In this document: piece by piece, positions 1 to 8,839 of the stretch
Layout: every line of letters starts with the position of its first letter
Position numbering within the stretch: the stretch's first letter is position 1
Source of the DNA: a virus
Lineage: Duplodnaviria; Caudoviricetes
Virus record (IMG/VR): IMGVR_UViG_3300042545_000830
Location: 1 to 61,354 of that record
Length of the DNA: 61,354 nt
Direction: 5' to 3' (one strand)
Position numbers and translations under genes: made by a program
Notes under the pieces: generated by a model
The model's input: only the letters and a program-made list of their open reading frames with translations
The model's database searches: none
Told to the model about the DNA's origin: nothing

Positions 1-72
1 GCAAACAAAGGAATGGACGGTTTGTTAGAAAGAAGAGAATCGGAAGCCAAATTGGTAGAAACTTGTATATAA
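1..72 (+). CDS. C-terminal end of a probable phage lysozyme/endolysin (partial, begins before window)
   Basis: Frame 1 reads ANKGMDGLLERRESEAKLVETCI*, matching the GL..RR..EA.L C-terminal helix of phage lysozymes. Confidence 0.6.
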   Translation, partial: ANKGMDGLLERRESEAKLVETCI

Positions 73-74
73 TT

Positions 75-323
75 ATGGAACTTTCTGAAATATATTCTAA
101 TCAGGTTAAAAAAACAAATATTTCAAACATATCGGTTGGATTGAATGCTCCCACCTTTGAAAGAGATCCAAATATAATGAAATTGGAAAAAAATGTATTC
201 GAACAATTGTTGAAAATTTCTGGACCAGATGAAAAAGAACCAGTAAAAAATTACACAAATATTAAAAATGTATCTTTTGAAGACGCTTTAAAAGAATTAG
301 CAAATATTAAAAATAATTCATAA
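75..323 (+). CDS. hypothetical protein
   Basis: ORF 63..323; ATG at 75 (MELSEIY...) follows the upstream stop at 70-72. Confidence 0.55.
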   Translation: MELSEIYSNQVKKTNISNISVGLNAPTFERDPNIMKLEKNVFEQLLKISGPDEKEPVKNYTNIKNVSFEDALKELANIKNNS

Positions 324-364
324 TATTTAGTATATTATATTTAAATCTTCTCTCTATAAATAGA

Positions 365-392
365 ATTATAATACAGATAAATAAGATGTCAA
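365..392 (-). promoter_or_regulatory. consensus sigma70-type promoter TTGACA-N16-TATAAT with no downstream same-strand gene
   Basis: Minus strand reads TTGACA (392-387) tcttatttatctgtat TATAAT (370-365). Confidence 0.6.
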
Positions 393-426
393 CTAGTTTT
401 TTTAATCTATTTGGAAAATACCAAAA

Positions 427-945
427 CTACTTATTAATAGTTTTTAATTTGTCAAGTACCTTTAATAAAAATTCTTCATCATCACCGGAAGGTATAAGAC
501 AAGGAATATCTAAAAATTTACCTTTTTTATTTAAAAAAAGTTTTTTTTCTGTTTTTAATTCTTTGTAATTTGGTAAATTTTTTTTACAAATTTTTTTACA
601 AATTTTAATTACTTTTGATGGATCACTGAAAAATGAATGCCATTCTTTCTTTTCACTTGAAATAAAAAGAAAAGATAATATTTTACAATTATTTTCCTTA
701 GCAATTTTTAAAAAGTTATTTAATTCTAATTGTAATTTAGTTTGTATTAATTCTTTTATTAAAATATTACTACAGTTTACTAAACCATCTTTTAAAAGAT
801 CCCAATCATAAACAAAATCTACCACATGAACTGATAATTCATCTATATAATTTGAAATATCAAAAATTAATACATTTTCTTTTAAATAATATAAAAAATA
901 ATTTTTAACTTTTTGATCGTTCACAACTATCCATAATAGCATCAA
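427..945 (-). CDS. hypothetical protein
   Basis: 172-aa ORF overlapping the end of the upstream minus-strand gene; start uncertain. Confidence 0.55.
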   Translation of the reverse strand: MMLLWIVVNDQKVKNYFLYYLKENVLIFDISNYIDELSVHVVDFVYDWDLLKDGLVNCSNILIKELIQTKLQLELNNFLKIAKENNCKILSFLFISSEKKEWHSFFSDPSKVIKICKKICKKNLPNYKELKTEKKLFLNKKGKFLDIPCLIPSGDDEEFLLKVLDKLKTINK

Positions 946-1447
946 TTAAAATTTCTTCCACTATTTCATTGGGTAAAAATAAATTTGCTCTGACTATAGT
1001 TTTGTTTATTTCTGAATATTGTTCTACTAATCTATTTTTTATATTATTTGCTTCAATATACTGTTCTTTTGAAATGCCATCAAAGGATGGTTTATTTTGT
1101 AATTCAAAAGCTTCTAGTAATGGTTCACCAGAATTTGAAATTATTTCTGATAATCTTTTATAAAATCTACTTAATGGTGTTAGATATTTAACATTTTTTA
1201 AATTTTTAACTTTTTCATACAAATATGCCAAAACTGATGATTTTTTAGTTTGTTCATGTACTCTATTTAAAAATTCAGGAGATTTTACATGGTTTTTTCC
1301 ATAAGGGTTGTATATACAGCCACCTCCAACATATTTTGAATTGCAATATATACATCTATTGGGATCATCCATATGAACATGTGTATTAGTAGGAGAAAAC
1401 AAACAACCCTTACCATAAGATTTGGAATCACAATAAATACAACTCAT
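905..1447 (-). CDS. protein with two tandem N-terminal Cys/His (putative Zn-binding) repeats
   Basis: CIYCDSKSYGKGCLFSPTNTHVH and CIYCNSKYVGGGCIYNPYGKNHVK. Confidence 0.7.
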   Translation of the reverse strand: MSCIYCDSKSYGKGCLFSPTNTHVHMDDPNRCIYCNSKYVGGGCIYNPYGKNHVKSPEFLNRVHEQTKKSSVLAYLYEKVKNLKNVKYLTPLSRFYKRLSEIISNSGEPLLEAFELQNKPSFDGISKEQYIEANNIKNRLVEQYSEINKTIVRANLFLPNEIVEEILIDAIMDSCERSKS

Positions 1448-1448
1448 A

Positions 1449-1889
1449 CTATATAATTACTTTATTTTTATAATTATCCAATTCTTGTTTGGGTGCTTTT
1501 CCAATCCTAACATTTATTATGCCGTTGAAGTACTCGTCTTTAAAAAGAACGTCTCTATCAATTTGTTCTTTTATTTCAAAATATGCTAATGCCCATTTGG
1601 AATCACATGTTCTAATAATTTCAAATGTAAAATTTTCTTTACCGTACTTGATTATGTCTTCGTTCAAGTCATTAGATGAACTTGTATAAGTTTTCCAATC
1701 GGATTGTTTGTAACATATTCTTTTTCTAGTTTTGCCCTTTAATGGTTGTCTTCTAATTTTAGAAATACATTGTTTTTTTCCTACGTATTTTTTATTTGTT
1801 AAATTGTTTGTTATTAAATATAAAAATCCAAATGTTTCATCTGTTATTTCAATACCTTCACATAAAATCCAATGTCCAGTATCTATCAT
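1449..1889 (-). CDS. small GIY-YIG endonuclease (T4 endonuclease II/Seg-like)
   Basis: GFLYLITN...KKYVGKK, WKTYTSSS, ENFTFEII, EYFN motifs; catalytic domain only. Confidence 0.8.
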   Translation of the reverse strand: MIDTGHWILCEGIEITDETFGFLYLITNNLTNKKYVGKKQCISKIRRQPLKGKTRKRICYKQSDWKTYTSSSNDLNEDIIKYGKENFTFEIIRTCDSKWALAYFEIKEQIDRDVLFKDEYFNGIINVRIGKAPKQELDNYKNKVII

Positions 1890-1892
1890 TTT

Positions 1893-2114
1893 TTATTTTT
1901 TTTTTGTTTTCTTTGTTATAAGTTCCGGAAATTTTCTTTTTATTACCTTTTTTCCTAATATTTTAGGTGTTCTCATATCTTTAGAAGCGTAACTATCTTT
2001 ATTTGTAATATCAGATGGAGGACTATATAAAGGTTCTAATGATTGACCTAATACACTACCTACTGAATTATTTTCTAATATTTTAATTATAGTTTGTTGA
2101 AATTTATTAAACAT
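1893..2114 (-). CDS. small hypothetical protein (possible head-internal protein)
   Basis: 73-aa ORF; N-terminus MFNKFQQTIIKILEN, basic C-terminus. Confidence 0.5.
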   Translation of the reverse strand: MFNKFQQTIIKILENNSVGSVLGQSLEPLYSPPSDITNKDSYASKDMRTPKILGKKVIKRKFPELITKKTKKK

Positions 2115-2141
2115 AGTATATAATTTAATTAATATATACTT

Positions 2142-2540
2142 ATGGATTTTTTTGAAAAATATAGATTAGAAATAAACGAAGATGTTAAAATCGATCAATT
2201 AAATTTATTGGAGCGTGAAATGCAGCATCCAGCCATACGTCACAAATGGGTTTCTAGGTTAATTCAACATAAAAAAAACAAAACTGAATTAGAAAGAAAG
2301 AAAAAAACTTTAAAACAAGAAGTATTAAAAAATATAACAGAAAAAGGAATTCCAACCGGAATTCCTAAAACTGCTATAGATAATAAAGTAGAATCATCAG
2401 AAGTAATTCAAAAAATAAATCAAGAAATAGAAGATATTACATTGTTAATTGATTATTTAGAAAGAGTGGAAAAGGTATTTTCGTCTATGAGTTATGATTT
2501 TGGGTCTATTAACAATACTATTAAAATGGAAATGACATGA
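2142..2540 (+). CDS. uvsY: UvsY recombination mediator
   Basis: 132-aa helical protein with P.I..KW motif, typical size, upstream of uvsW. Confidence 0.7.
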   Translation: MDFFEKYRLEINEDVKIDQLNLLEREMQHPAIRHKWVSRLIQHKKNKTELERKKKTLKQEVLKNITEKGIPTGIPKTAIDNKVESSEVIQKINQEIEDITLLIDYLERVEKVFSSMSYDFGSINNTIKMEMT

Positions 2541-2556
2541 TTTTTTTATTAAAAAA

Positions 2557-2564
2557 TATAAATA
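2557..2564 (+). promoter_or_regulatory. T4-type late promoter TATAAATA
   Basis: Exact TATAAATA upstream of the structured leader and HNH gene. Confidence 0.55.
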
Positions 2565-2568
2565 TAAA

Positions 2569-2644
2569 GAATAACAAGAGTAAGAATATTTTGGCTGAAA
2601 ACAAAATATTCGACTGGAATAATACAGTTTGTCCTCTTGTATTC
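2569..2644 (+). ncRNA. candidate structured RNA leader (three-way junction)
   Basis: P1 2569-2580/2634-2644 (11 bp, one bulge); P2 2584-2593/2602-2611 (perfect 10 bp); P3 2612-2616/2625-2629. Confidence 0.5.
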
Positions 2645-2653
2645 GGAATAATT

Positions 2654-3295
2654 ATGAAAAATTTAAAAGAAAACAATCAAATTTTATTTTTGGATGAAAT
2701 AAAAAAACAGAAAAAGAAAGAATATTTTCAAAAAAACAAAAAAATAATAAACGAAAAGAAAAAACAATATCGTATTAAAAATAGAGATTTACATTTACAG
2801 CAATGTAAAAAATATAGAGAAAAAAACAAAGAACGTTTAAGAGAATATCATAAAAATTATAGAAAAATACATGGCGAATCTATGTATTTGAGAGAACAAA
2901 AAAATAAAAAAGAAAACTCAGATAGAGTTAAAAAATATTATAAAGAATATGTAAAAAAAAGAATTTTAAACGATGTAAATTTTAAAATTTCTTTAACATT
3001 GAGAAGATCTATAAACAAGGCATTACATAATAAAAAAATAATAAAGTCAAAAAAAACATTAGATTTATTGGGATGTTCTTTACAGGTTTTTAAAAAACAT
3101 ATAGAAACACAGTTTAAAGACGGTATGTCTTGGGATAATCATGGTAAATTTGGTTGGCACATAGATCATATTAAACCAGTATCTTCATTTAATCTTATAA
3201 ATGAAGATAAACAGAAAAAATGTTTTAATTATAAAAATATGCAACCTTTATGGTGGAACGAAAACCTTTCTAAAGGAAACAAAAATATATGGTAA
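2654..3295 (+). CDS. free-standing HNH homing endonuclease
   Basis: Lys/Arg-rich N-terminal repeats plus LLGCS...QF.DGMSWDNHG..GWHIDHIKP...FNYKNMQPLW..ENLSKG; ORF track start 2537, likelier ATG 2654. Confidence 0.85.
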   Translation: MKNLKENNQILFLDEIKKQKKKEYFQKNKKIINEKKKQYRIKNRDLHLQQCKKYREKNKERLREYHKNYRKIHGESMYLREQKNKKENSDRVKKYYKEYVKKRILNDVNFKISLTLRRSINKALHNKKIIKSKKTLDLLGCSLQVFKKHIETQFKDGMSWDNHGKFGWHIDHIKPVSSFNLINEDKQKKCFNYKNMQPLWWNENLSKGNKNIW

Positions 3296-4716
3296 AAATA
3301 GAATATTCTGGTAAATCTAAACAACAATTACAATTAAATTGTAATACTACTGTTTTGAACAGAATAAGAGAATATTTTTCCGCTCCAAATCCTGCTTTTA
3401 GAAGAAATTCAAGATTCTCACAGCCTAGAATCTATGCCATCACACCATCTGGTAAATTTGATTTCGGTATGTTGGATAACATATTATCCTTCTTACAGGC
3501 AAATCAAATCCAATACAAAATAGACGATGAAGTATCAAAAAATTTAAATTTTAATTTCGTAGACAAAAAGATAGAAACATTTGAACCAGATTATGTTTAT
3601 AGAGATCATCAATTGAAATCTATAGAAAAAGCATTAAAAAAAGGAAGTGGTGTAATATTAATTCCAACCGCTGGTGGAAAAACTCTTATCATGGCAGGTT
3701 TAATAAAGAGTATTCATGCACACATACAAAACAATGACGGAATTACTCTTGTTCTAGTACCAACTATTCAATTGGTCGAACAAACATATAATGATTTTGT
3801 AACATATGGTATAGAAAATATATCAAAATGGTCTGGAAAAAATAAATTAGATCCAACAACAAAAATTATAATAGCAGGAACTCAAATATTGTTATCAGAT
3901 AACACAGATTTATCATTTTTAAATAATGTAAATGTTTTATTAATAGATGAATGTCACGGAATTAAAAAAGAAAATGAAATAAATAAAATTTTTAAATTTA
4001 TAAATACTCCGTATAAATATGGTTTTACTGGAACGATGCCATCTACGAAAATAGATGAATGGAATATCATTGGAAAACTCGGACCGATAGTATATCAGGA
4101 AAAAACAGAAGATTTAAGAAATAAAAAGTATATATCAAATTTTAAAATAGTTATCTTGAATGTTATTCATAAAAATATACCTACATTTTCTTTAAATTTT
4201 AGTAAACCCGCAGAAGCATATCAAAGTGAAATGGACTTTCTTCTACAATCGGAAAGAAGAAATGAAATTATTTGTAAATTAGCGGATAAATTAACAAATA
4301 ATACGATTATAATGGTCGATAGAATAGATCATGGGATCAATATTATTGATATTTTAAGTAAAATAACAAAAAAACAATTCTATTTCATTAGAGGGTCTAC
4401 CGAAATAGAAGAAAGAGAACAAATAAGATCATTGATGGATGTAAAAAATGATGTTATAGTTGTAGCTATATCTAAAATTTTTAGTACTGGTATAAATATA
4501 CCCAATTTACACAATATAATTTTTGCATCTGCTGGAAAAGCTAAAATCAAAATAATGCAATCAATAGGTAGAGCATTGAGATTACATCCAACTAAAACCA
4601 TGGCAAATATATTCGATATTTCGGATAATACCAAATACGGAAAAAAGCATGTAAAAGAAAGAAAAAACCTTTACGATTCGGAGAAATTTAATTATGAAGA
4701 AAAAAATATACAATGA
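3289..4716 (+). CDS. uvsW: UvsW SF2 DNA helicase
   Basis: PTAGGKT Walker A, DECH, GFTGT, STGINIP, QSIGRALR. Confidence 0.92.
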   Translation: MVKIEYSGKSKQQLQLNCNTTVLNRIREYFSAPNPAFRRNSRFSQPRIYAITPSGKFDFGMLDNILSFLQANQIQYKIDDEVSKNLNFNFVDKKIETFEPDYVYRDHQLKSIEKALKKGSGVILIPTAGGKTLIMAGLIKSIHAHIQNNDGITLVLVPTIQLVEQTYNDFVTYGIENISKWSGKNKLDPTTKIIIAGTQILLSDNTDLSFLNNVNVLLIDECHGIKKENEINKIFKFINTPYKYGFTGTMPSTKIDEWNIIGKLGPIVYQEKTEDLRNKKYISNFKIVILNVIHKNIPTFSLNFSKPAEAYQSEMDFLLQSERRNEIICKLADKLTNNTIIMVDRIDHGINIIDILSKITKKQFYFIRGSTEIEEREQIRSLMDVKNDVIVVAISKIFSTGINIPNLHNIIFASAGKAKIKIMQSIGRALRLHPTKTMANIFDISDNTKYGKKHVKERKNLYDSEKFNYEEKNIQ

Positions 4717-5299
4717 AGAAGATTTAATAGATGATTTAGAAGAAGATTTAGAAGAAGAAATCATTTTGGATGAGAATGATTCCGATGATGATGAATCCGA
4801 TGATGAAATTTCTGATGACATTTTACTGGATGATGATATTATCTCTTTAGATGATGTTATTAAACCAAAAAGAAGAAAAAGAGGAGCAAAAAAAGAAGAA
4901 TTTTACGTCGAACCAAAAAAATTCGATGAAGAAATTTTAAAATATTACGATACTGGAATTTTAACAAACGAATTAGCAGATATGGTTAATAAAATAGCGC
5001 ATAAATTAAGTTATGCTTCAAATTTTATAAATTACACCTATCGTGAAGATATGGTTGGCGATGCTTTAATTAGAATGTTTAAAGCTTTGATGTCAAAAAA
5101 ATATGATAGAGTAAAGGGAACAAATCCATTTTCATATTTTACCAGAATTGCGTTTAATGCTTTTAGAAACAGAATCAAAAAGGAAAAACATATCAATGAA
5201 ACACATTTAAAATACCAAGAAGAGATTATGTTTATGTCAGAAAACCAAAGTCTTTATAAGAATAAAAAAAATATATATAATAATGATCAAAAAAATTAA
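4694..5299 (+). CDS. gp55: late-transcription sigma factor (gp55) with acidic N-terminal extension
   Basis: NFINYTYREDMVGDA...NPFSYFTRIAFNAFRNRIKKEK. Confidence 0.9.
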   Translation: MKKKIYNEEDLIDDLEEDLEEEIILDENDSDDDESDDEISDDILLDDDIISLDDVIKPKRRKRGAKKEEFYVEPKKFDEEILKYYDTGILTNELADMVNKIAHKLSYASNFINYTYREDMVGDALIRMFKALMSKKYDRVKGTNPFSYFTRIAFNAFRNRIKKEKHINETHLKYQEEIMFMSENQSLYKNKKNIYNNDQKN

Positions 5300-6144
5300 A
5301 TTCTTACATAATCATTTACAGTCTTTCCATCATATATTTTTTTAACAAAATGAGTAGTTAAATTTAATTTATTTTTACATTCTGTTAAATTATAAAAATA
5401 AAATTCTTCTTTTGTTTTTATATTCAAAATTTTAAAACTTTTATTTTTATAATGTGATCTACTCATATTTTTTTTACCAATTAAAGATTTCTTTTTTCTA
5501 CAACCAAAAAATAAATTTTTTTTAGTGATATTTTTCATTTTTTCATTTCTACCAATTTTCCATAAATTTTTATCAAAAGTATCTAATAAATTTTTTAAAA
5601 TATACTTTTCTTCTTTGGTTATAGTATTATGAATCCAAATTCTTAATACATTAGATGGTCTACCATATTCCCATTCATTCAAATCTATTATAGAATTAGA
5701 TGGAACCATTTTTGATTCCATTGTTTTTTTATTAAAAATATGTTTATATCCTTTCATCGTATTGCTTCTTTTTATTTTTTCTTCGTTTGACATTTTTTTA
5801 CCACTAGTAGAAAAACCAAAATTTGTTTGTTTGGCTTTATTATAAAACTCATTATTAACATTTATATTATACAAATTATGATAATATATTTCTTTTTCTC
5901 TAACATCTTTTAAATTTCCTATAAAAAGATATTCTCTTTTAAAACCATTCCATCCCAATTCTTTAAAATCTTGTAACAATTCTTTATTTCTAGAACCAAT
6001 ATAATTTTTCCAATTTGATTCTTTTCCATTATATTTAAAAAATGATTTATATCCTATATATTTTTTATTATAATTTTTATGATTTTTATTTATATTTGTA
6101 TGCATATAAACAAATCCATAATCTATTTTTGGTATTATTTTCAT
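5296..6144 (-). CDS. GIY-YIG (Seg-like) homing endonuclease
   Basis: GFVY...KKYIG, NYIGS, FKREYL, EFYNK, NUMOD-like GKKMSNEEKIKRS; opposite strand between gp55 and gp47. Confidence 0.8.
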   Translation of the reverse strand: MKIIPKIDYGFVYMHTNINKNHKNYNKKYIGYKSFFKYNGKESNWKNYIGSRNKELLQDFKELGWNGFKREYLFIGNLKDVREKEIYYHNLYNINVNNEFYNKAKQTNFGFSTSGKKMSNEEKIKRSNTMKGYKHIFNKKTMESKMVPSNSIIDLNEWEYGRPSNVLRIWIHNTITKEEKYILKNLLDTFDKNLWKIGRNEKMKNITKKNLFFGCRKKKSLIGKKNMSRSHYKNKSFKILNIKTKEEFYFYNLTECKNKLNLTTHFVKKIYDGKTVNDYVRI

Positions 6145-6151
6145 ACCTTAA

Positions 6152-6159
6152 TATTTATA
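6152..6159 (-). promoter_or_regulatory. late promoter TATAAATA, 7 nt before ATG
   Basis: Minus strand TATAAATAttaaggtATG. Confidence 0.55.
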
Positions 6160-6177
6160 ACAGCAATCATGATAAAT

Positions 6178-6206
6178 TTGACTTTTTTTAAAAAGCATGT
6201 TAAATT
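6178..6206 (+). promoter_or_regulatory. sigma70-type promoter for gp47
   Basis: TTGACT-N17-(TGt)TAAATT, 8 nt before ATG 6215. Confidence 0.5.
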
Positions 6207-6214
6207 AATTATTA

Positions 6215-7252
6215 ATGGAATTAGATAAAAAAATAGGATTGTTTTCAGATATTCATCTAGGATTAGAACAAGACAGTGAAAAGTGGCATAATATTGTTTT
6301 AAATTTTGCTAAATGGGCTAGTGATATATATTATAAAAAAGGTATTAAACAAATATTAATACCTGGTGATATATTTCACAATAGACGTGAAATAAGTGTT
6401 AATACATTATCTGTTGCTAAACAATTTTTTGATTATTTTAAAAAATTCGATGTGTTTATTTCAACAGGAAACCACTGTTGTTTTTTAAAAAACGATAGCG
6501 TTATAAATTCAATATCTATTTTAGATGGATGGAATAATATTAAAATTTTTGATAAAGATCCAGTAATTTTAACTTATAAAGATAAAAAAATATCAATGGT
6601 TCCATGGGGAGTTGAATTTGACCAAATACCGGAAACTGATATTTGTATTGGACATTTTGAGATTTCATCGTTTTACATGAATACATATAAAGTGTGTGAA
6701 CATGGAATGCAGTCGAGTGATCTTTTTAAGAAGTCTAAAACTATTGTATCTGGACATTTTCACAAAAAAGATCATCGCAAATATGAAAACGGTGAAATAG
6801 TTTATTTGGGAAGTCCATATCAGCAGAATTTTGGAGATACGATGGATGAACGTGGAATCTATATCTATGATATAGACAATAATGAATTTGAATTTATTGA
6901 AAATGATATATCACCAAAATATTTTAAACTATCTGTTAGTAAAATATTGAGTAATTCGGATGATATTAAAAATAAAATAGAAAACAACCATGTCAGTTTA
7001 GTTGTAGATTGTGATATAGACTACGAAAACCTCAATTTATTAAGCTCGAAGCTTCAAAAACACTCGCCAGTAAATTTTAGAATAGATTATCAAGATGTAG
7101 AAACAAAAAATGACACCAAAATAGTGGAAAAAAATTTAGAATTTGTTAATATATTAGATGATATGGAATTTTATATCAATAATATTGATATAAAAAATAA
7201 AAAAGAAGTTTTAGAATATATAAAGGAAATTTACACTCTCAAAAATACATGA
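6215..7252 (+). CDS. gp47: recombination nuclease subunit gp47 (Mre11/SbcD-like)
   Basis: Metallophosphoesterase motifs SDIHLG, GDIFH, GNH, GHFE, SGHFH, YLGSPYQ. Confidence 0.9.
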   Translation: MELDKKIGLFSDIHLGLEQDSEKWHNIVLNFAKWASDIYYKKGIKQILIPGDIFHNRREISVNTLSVAKQFFDYFKKFDVFISTGNHCCFLKNDSVINSISILDGWNNIKIFDKDPVILTYKDKKISMVPWGVEFDQIPETDICIGHFEISSFYMNTYKVCEHGMQSSDLFKKSKTIVSGHFHKKDHRKYENGEIVYLGSPYQQNFGDTMDERGIYIYDIDNNEFEFIENDISPKYFKLSVSKILSNSDDIKNKIENNHVSLVVDCDIDYENLNLLSSKLQKHSPVNFRIDYQDVETKNDTKIVEKNLEFVNILDDMEFYINNIDIKNKKEVLEYIKEIYTLKNT

Positions 7253-8034
7253 ACAATAACGAAATAGGAATAGGAATAATTGATGTTTATTCGGATGAAG
7301 ATTTACAAAATTGTATTTCTTCTATACCACAAGAATTTAAAGATAATATTGTAACAGTTTCAAATAAACGGAAACCTTCGATAGTTTGTAATAGACACTA
7401 TTCTAATGATGTACCATTTGCTACACTTAGAAATTATCTATTAACGCAATTAAGAATCAAAGGATTTAAGTATTATTTTATTTTAAATTCAAATATTAAA
7501 ATAAAAAATCCTGATATATTCAATAATACAATAAAACTTGCCAATACCTTTGGCACTTGGTTTATTACTGGACAGGGTGATAAAAATGTAACATTAGAAG
7601 ATGATACAAACAACTTGTCTTTGAATATTAGTCCAACATTGAATACAAATTTTATATTTTTATACTCCGGTATAATTAAAAATTTTGGTTTCTTTGATGA
7701 AAGATTTTTTGATACAAAAGATTTGGATGTTTTAGATTATATATTAAAACTTAGAAGAAAAGATGTGTATCCCCCGAATCATTATAATCCAACAATCGAT
7801 TCTTCTGATGTTGAAGAATCTTCATCAGAAATAGAAAAAATAAATTTTAAAGATTTTAGCACAATTCAAAAAAACAATGGAAAAATGGAAAAATCATTGG
7901 AAATGACTTTTGCATATTTCTATCATGAACACAAATATATACCAAATCAAAATGATCCAGTTGGTGTGACTCAAGATGAATTGTTTAAATTCATGGAAAA
8001 ATTACAAGCGCAATATGGAAACAGTCAAAAATAA
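7249..8034 (+). CDS. degenerate GT2-like glycosyltransferase paralogue
   Basis: Aligns by eye with the next two genes (IGIGII, GFFDE, YPP) but has NSN where they have EDD. Confidence 0.65.
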   Translation: MNNNEIGIGIIDVYSDEDLQNCISSIPQEFKDNIVTVSNKRKPSIVCNRHYSNDVPFATLRNYLLTQLRIKGFKYYFILNSNIKIKNPDIFNNTIKLANTFGTWFITGQGDKNVTLEDDTNNLSLNISPTLNTNFIFLYSGIIKNFGFFDERFFDTKDLDVLDYILKLRRKDVYPPNHYNPTIDSSDVEESSSEIEKINFKDFSTIQKNNGKMEKSLEMTFAYFYHEHKYIPNQNDPVGVTQDELFKFMEKLQAQYGNSQK

Positions 8035-8839
8035 AATTGGTTGCGCTTTAATAACCTGTGACAGATTGGATTTTTATAAAAAATCCTGTGGTTCTTTGTT
8101 AAACTCTATTAAAGATAAAAACATAGAGTGTGTGGTAGTAAATGATGGTATCGAGAAAATAAAAGAATGTGAATGTTCTTATATAGAAACTACTGGAAAG
8201 TGTGGTGTTTCTGTTGCTAAAAATAAAGGATTGGAATTTTTAATTAAAAGAGGATGCGAACATATATTCTTAATGGAAGATGATATTCAAATTACAAATG
8301 GAGAAGTTTTCCAAGCATATATTGATGCATCCAAAAAAACCGGAATAAAACATTTCAACTATGCATTACATGGTAATCACAATTTAAACCGCTTTGGAGA
8401 ATCAGATATAAGAAAAACTGTAAAATACCCAAACGGAATAGAGATTGAACTATATAGTAATGTTTTGGGAGCATTTAGTTATTATCATATCGATGTATTA
8501 AACGATATAGGACTATTTGATGAGGGTTATTATAACGCAATGGAACATGTTAAGCATACCTATGATGCATCGTTAAAGGGTTATACTACGCCTTGGAGAT
8601 GGTTTGTTGATATACATAATTCATCCAACTATTTGAAAGACATTGTACCTGATCATCAGCAATCTAAAATAAGAAACGATTCAGATTTTCAAAATACTTT
8701 TAAAAAAGGGTTGGATAGGTTTATCGAACAAACCGGATTTAGTGTGGTGCATGGATATGGTAAATCGGAACCGATTATATCAGAAGAAGAATGTTTAAAG
8801 AATTTGAGAAAAATATGGAAAAAATATCATCAGGAATAG
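8015..8839 (+). CDS. glycosyltransferase family 2 (GT-A)
   Basis: IGCALITCDR, VVVNDG, GVSVAKNKG, HIFLMEDD, IGLFDE; likely start 8015. Confidence 0.85.
   Translation: METVKNKIGCALITCDRLDFYKKSCGSLLNSIKDKNIECVVVNDGIEKIKECECSYIETTGKCGVSVAKNKGLEFLIKRGCEHIFLMEDDIQITNGEVFQAYIDASKKTGIKHFNYALHGNHNLNRFGESDIRKTVKYPNGIEIELYSNVLGAFSYYHIDVLNDIGLFDEGYYNAMEHVKHTYDASLKGYTTPWRWFVDIHNSSNYLKDIVPDHQQSKIRNDSDFQNTFKKGLDRFIEQTGFSVVHGYGKSEPIISEEECLKNLRKIWKKYHQE

Noticed and set aside
2569-2644. Hammerhead ribozyme identity for the three-way junction
   Set aside because: CUGA/GAAA lie in a hairpin loop rather than the junction; the CUGANGA core is absent
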